NCBI GenBank assembly: GCA_045636225.1
Contig: JAZTXB010000047.1
Coordinates: 4,742-68,741 of the forward strand
Reading direction: 5' to 3'
Length of the DNA: 64,000 nucleotides
DNA from: Bacilli bacterium
GTDB lineage: Bacteria; Bacillota_I; Bacilli_A; RF39; UBA660
Position numbers and translations under genes: made by a program. Positions 62,301-64,000 of the stretch are shown piece after piece (position 1 is the stretch's first letter; each line of letters opens with the position of its first letter). The notes beneath the pieces were generated by a model that ran no database searches, was not told the DNA's origin, and saw nothing but the letters and a program-made list of their open reading frames with translations.

Positions 62301-64000
62301 GCTTACTAGTTAATATAATATTTTGAGGATCACCAGTAGGGATTTCATTCCAATCATCTTGCGACGATATTTTCTTATAAAATTTAGCATCTATTTCTAC
62401 TACGTGTTCTTCCAATGTTTCACTATTTTTAACGTTTAATTTATAAGAACTAAAATAATTTTTAGGTGTTATTTTATATTTGTAATTTTCGCCTTCTAGT
62501 TCTTCAATAGACAAATCATTAGTAGAATAATCTCCTGCATTATCTGAAACAAGTTCATATCCCTCCTCCAATGTAATGATAGCATAATCTGCACTTGCAT
62601 TATTATATAACTCAGGCTGTGTAGAAAGATTTTTACCATTATAAAAATCTATTATTTCATCACTAACGATATCATTATCATAACGATATTCTATACTTAT
62701 TCCACTATTGTCATTTCTTAAATCCTTAAATTTTTCCCCTTTTATCTGTTGTTCTACAAATGAAGCTTCTATTAAATAAGGTAAATCCTCCTTATCTGGT
62801 TCATCGTGGAACGAGATTGCTCCATCAGTTTTATCAAATTGAGTCAAATCAAGATAAAGGCCTCCATCTGGATTTATTATATTTATGGTGTTAAAATCCA
62901 CATCTTGAGGTAATGTATATAATGCATAATTATTTTGTATCTGACTTGCATAAGACCTGCTCGCTGGAATAATTACTGAATAATCTTTTTTTTCATATTT
63001 ATTCACAATTTTTCCTATAAACATATTTCTTTTTACACTATCAGTATTTACCCATCCAGTATCAAGAAAACCAACAATTCCTCCGGCATAACTATTTGAA
63101 TTTATTATGTCCATATAACTATAATTATCCGTTATAGGTGAATAATAGCTTTTTCCCGCAATTCCTCCTACAATATCAAAATCAGTTTCTATAAAGCCAG
63201 TAGAATAACACCTTGTTATATCAGAACTATAAGAATATCCTACTATTCCTCCAATCGCTTTTTTACCATATTCAATATCCATATCTACATTAATATCTAA
63301 ATTATAAACATAACTATTCATAATTTGTGAAGAGTTAAGATAACCAACAATTCCACCTATGTAATTGGTTTTATTAGAACCACTATAACCATCTGTAGAT
63401 TTTTTTATTGTTAAATTATTTATTGATACTTTTTCAATTACTGTATTAGTATTTGAATACGCAATTAATCCACCAATATAAGGATAACTTTCTGACGCAG
63501 ATTTTATTTCAATTTCATAATCTGTTAAATCAATATTATTTATATCAGCATTCGATGCTTCACGTATAAAACCAGAATTGGCAGAAGAAGTTGTTTGAAG
63601 CTTTATATTTTTTACTTGGAAATTTTTCATGACACCAGTAACCCCATAAAAATAATAACCTCTATCTATACTCACTGACTTTAAATCAATTACATGCTCA
63701 TTACCATCTAAAATTGCTGAATAAGTCGTTTTTGATGGTAATCCAGAAGTAAATTCTATATTATTAATCAAACGTATATTTTCATTCCTGTTTAAATATT
63801 TTATAAAATTACCATACGTACCAACATTTCTATACAGTTCAATGTATAATGTTCTCATATTATTGTTATTATATAGTAACGTTTGTTGTCCACCAGCAAA
63901 ATCTTTATAATATACTTCACTGATATTATAACTACTTTTAGCATAATAATTATCATCTTGATTACCAGATTCATCTGTCAAATATAAATCTATAATAACA
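59359..64000 (-). CDS. giant GLUG-repeat (beta-helix-like) surface protein with C-terminal TM anchor; 5' end outside the window
   Basis: The reading frame is open to the window edge. The TTG at 63981 in the ORF track is internal, since upstream codons are sense. There are more than 15 repeats of the (I/V)GG(I/L)(V/I/A)G(Y/F) type (IGGIVGY, VGGIAGK, VGGLAGQ, VGGLVGD, VGGIIGR, PGGLIGY), which is the GLUG motif. The C-terminal helix is LSGILLFAISIVSVLVALCLLI, followed by KHKLVKK. Confidence 0.75.
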   Translation of the reverse strand, partial: VIIDLYLTDESGNQDDNYYAKSSYNISEVYYKDFAGGQQTLLYNNNNMRTLYIELYRNVGTYGNFIKYLNRNENIRLINNIEFTSGLPSKTTYSAILDGNEHVIDLKSVSIDRGYYFYGVTGVMKNFQVKNIKLQTTSSANSGFIREASNADINNIDLTDYEIEIKSASESYPYIGGLIAYSNTNTVIEKVSINNLTIKKSTDGYSGSNKTNYIGGIVGYLNSSQIMNSYVYNLDINVDMDIEYGKKAIGGIVGYSYSSDITRCYSTGFIETDFDIVGGIAGKSYYSPITDNYSYMDIINSNSYAGGIVGFLDTGWVNTDSVKRNMFIGKIVNKYEKKDYSVIIPASRSYASQIQNNYALYTLPQDVDFNTINIINPDGGLYLDLTQFDKTDGAISFHDEPDKEDLPYLIEASFVEQQIKGEKFKDLRNDNSGISIEYRYDNDIVSDEIIDFYNGKNLSTQPELYNNASADYAIITLEEGYELVSDNAGDYSTNDLSIEELEGENYKYKITPKNYFSSYKLNVKNSETLEEHVVEIDAKFYKKISSQDDWNEIPTGDPQNIILTSKLSFDADVSKTKKIGNLLGNGYTIEFKENSTFKESLIDKLFMTMRDVAFIGFNIQGGTHASLIKNNNGKIENCHFSNMKITSTATDSKAGIISVSYGYINNVKIDDIEVMANNYVGALVAYSSGDRAGYVLITNVIAEKIKVEGITGIGGVVGYVEYTMKNIYVSNVSVSSVSGSSSLSSYIGGIVGAGDCANNCSITNSTISATGKYIGGIGGYMQRNQTFSNIQVRNVLISNASEIQITYLGGIYSNARMYSGIEVEGVTFANEKDGLYSALNAKFVGGLSGFNFYTGQKNRVFDSVISGSSNVGGLAGQTTSATDKIEGNLIEKTEIKATGDCVGGLVGDYIQVTSGTQSIKGNMVLSSKISGENDVGGIIGRLNNGNTYSQNIGFSNNLAIDVSVGATSNPGGLIGYLSQVPASVDKKFQNSLFYSSIENSGIPLVGRIENKITGATLGYGTNELSEDAFAELSNFKEYVKDITKESIQISSLVELQTLIPATTVFNYEDDKHFPIFDSGYPSVKNKVQLPGTGAENISLSMSLLSSSKMLRNYANSYNNKLTMDYDIYASGVNTVNIEFDSIDTNIYFYYEIGDYKSNYIPVELRTYTITYDFKNPIKFYLTNGYNYKESTVKPSELAKTISIIDNETYYIQGKVLYSSAKAINGSFVNLYGNEVLTVDGKIYNLSNGNESDSNITYNILENSKPLYEFEYNGNKIDTYYNYSLANGIVKEMQLFLKNGKLSSISPSLENKKDMYIVDYYNSNEIQIVLKEDGKLYSLKNNIKYPEDIINNEIVELYTNIKSSSNNVVLKYTNGAVYSFDYRTGAILFTNVSNKYSSFLEFAKDKIGDSSKNNIIENISEQEKYKEMDILKGKITEISLEQAKDKLYGSNNATGKEEQYISVYNELTKNYDLYKVSSLLDNSSEVQSETEKLYQNYELVKFYTNFGNGKKQLSLSGILLFAISIVSVLVALCLLIKHKLVKKSGAV

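Overview
This is a very AT-rich Bacillota-type chromosome segment. It reads cleanly in the standard genetic code: multi-kb ORFs stay open and Trp is encoded by TGG, so UGA=Trp is not needed. Most genes are on the minus strand.

Layout:
- 1-8.2 kb: a surface-protein block. A papain-like C1 peptidase with a C-terminal dockerin is translationally coupled to a membrane-anchored scaffold with a cohesin-like domain and cadherin-like repeats.
- 8.4-11.6 kb: five tightly packed small enzymes (NUDIX, histidine phosphatase, SDR, GNAT, beta-lactamase-fold hydrolase).
- 11.6-27.1 kb: an accessory region.
  - It opens with a candidate small RNA gene.
  - Next is an approximately 8.7 kb integrase-bearing island bounded by AGGTACCCA direct repeats. 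Its four-gene cargo operon encodes the PEP-binding barrel of PPDK fused to an unknown N-domain, a GNAT, an S51 peptidase and an ABC-type ATPase.
  - After the island come integrase-less cassettes: a metallophosphoesterase plus an unknown gene, a PD-(D/E)XK-like protein, and a helicase IV-like protein. They are separated by a family of related hairpin and repeat modules.
- 27.1-45.2 kb: core genes recG, hemW, lepA, cca, hup and hrcA-grpE-dnaK-pepF-dnaJ, with two CIRCE operators.
- 45.2-64 kb: an approximately 19 kb minus-strand operon.
  - It contains a near-canonical F1 head (alpha, gamma-position, beta, truncated epsilon), a b-like stalk protein and a c-like proteolipid lacking the ion-binding carboxylate.
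  - These are embedded among giant membrane-anchored surface proteins (1906 aa; a GLUG-repeat protein of more than 1540 aa that runs off the window), and no a or delta subunit is present.
  - This F1-like surface machine is my top candidate for an undescribed system. The island cargo operon is second.

No rRNA, tRNA or CRISPR array was seen. All calls rest on reading motifs by eye; no database search was run.
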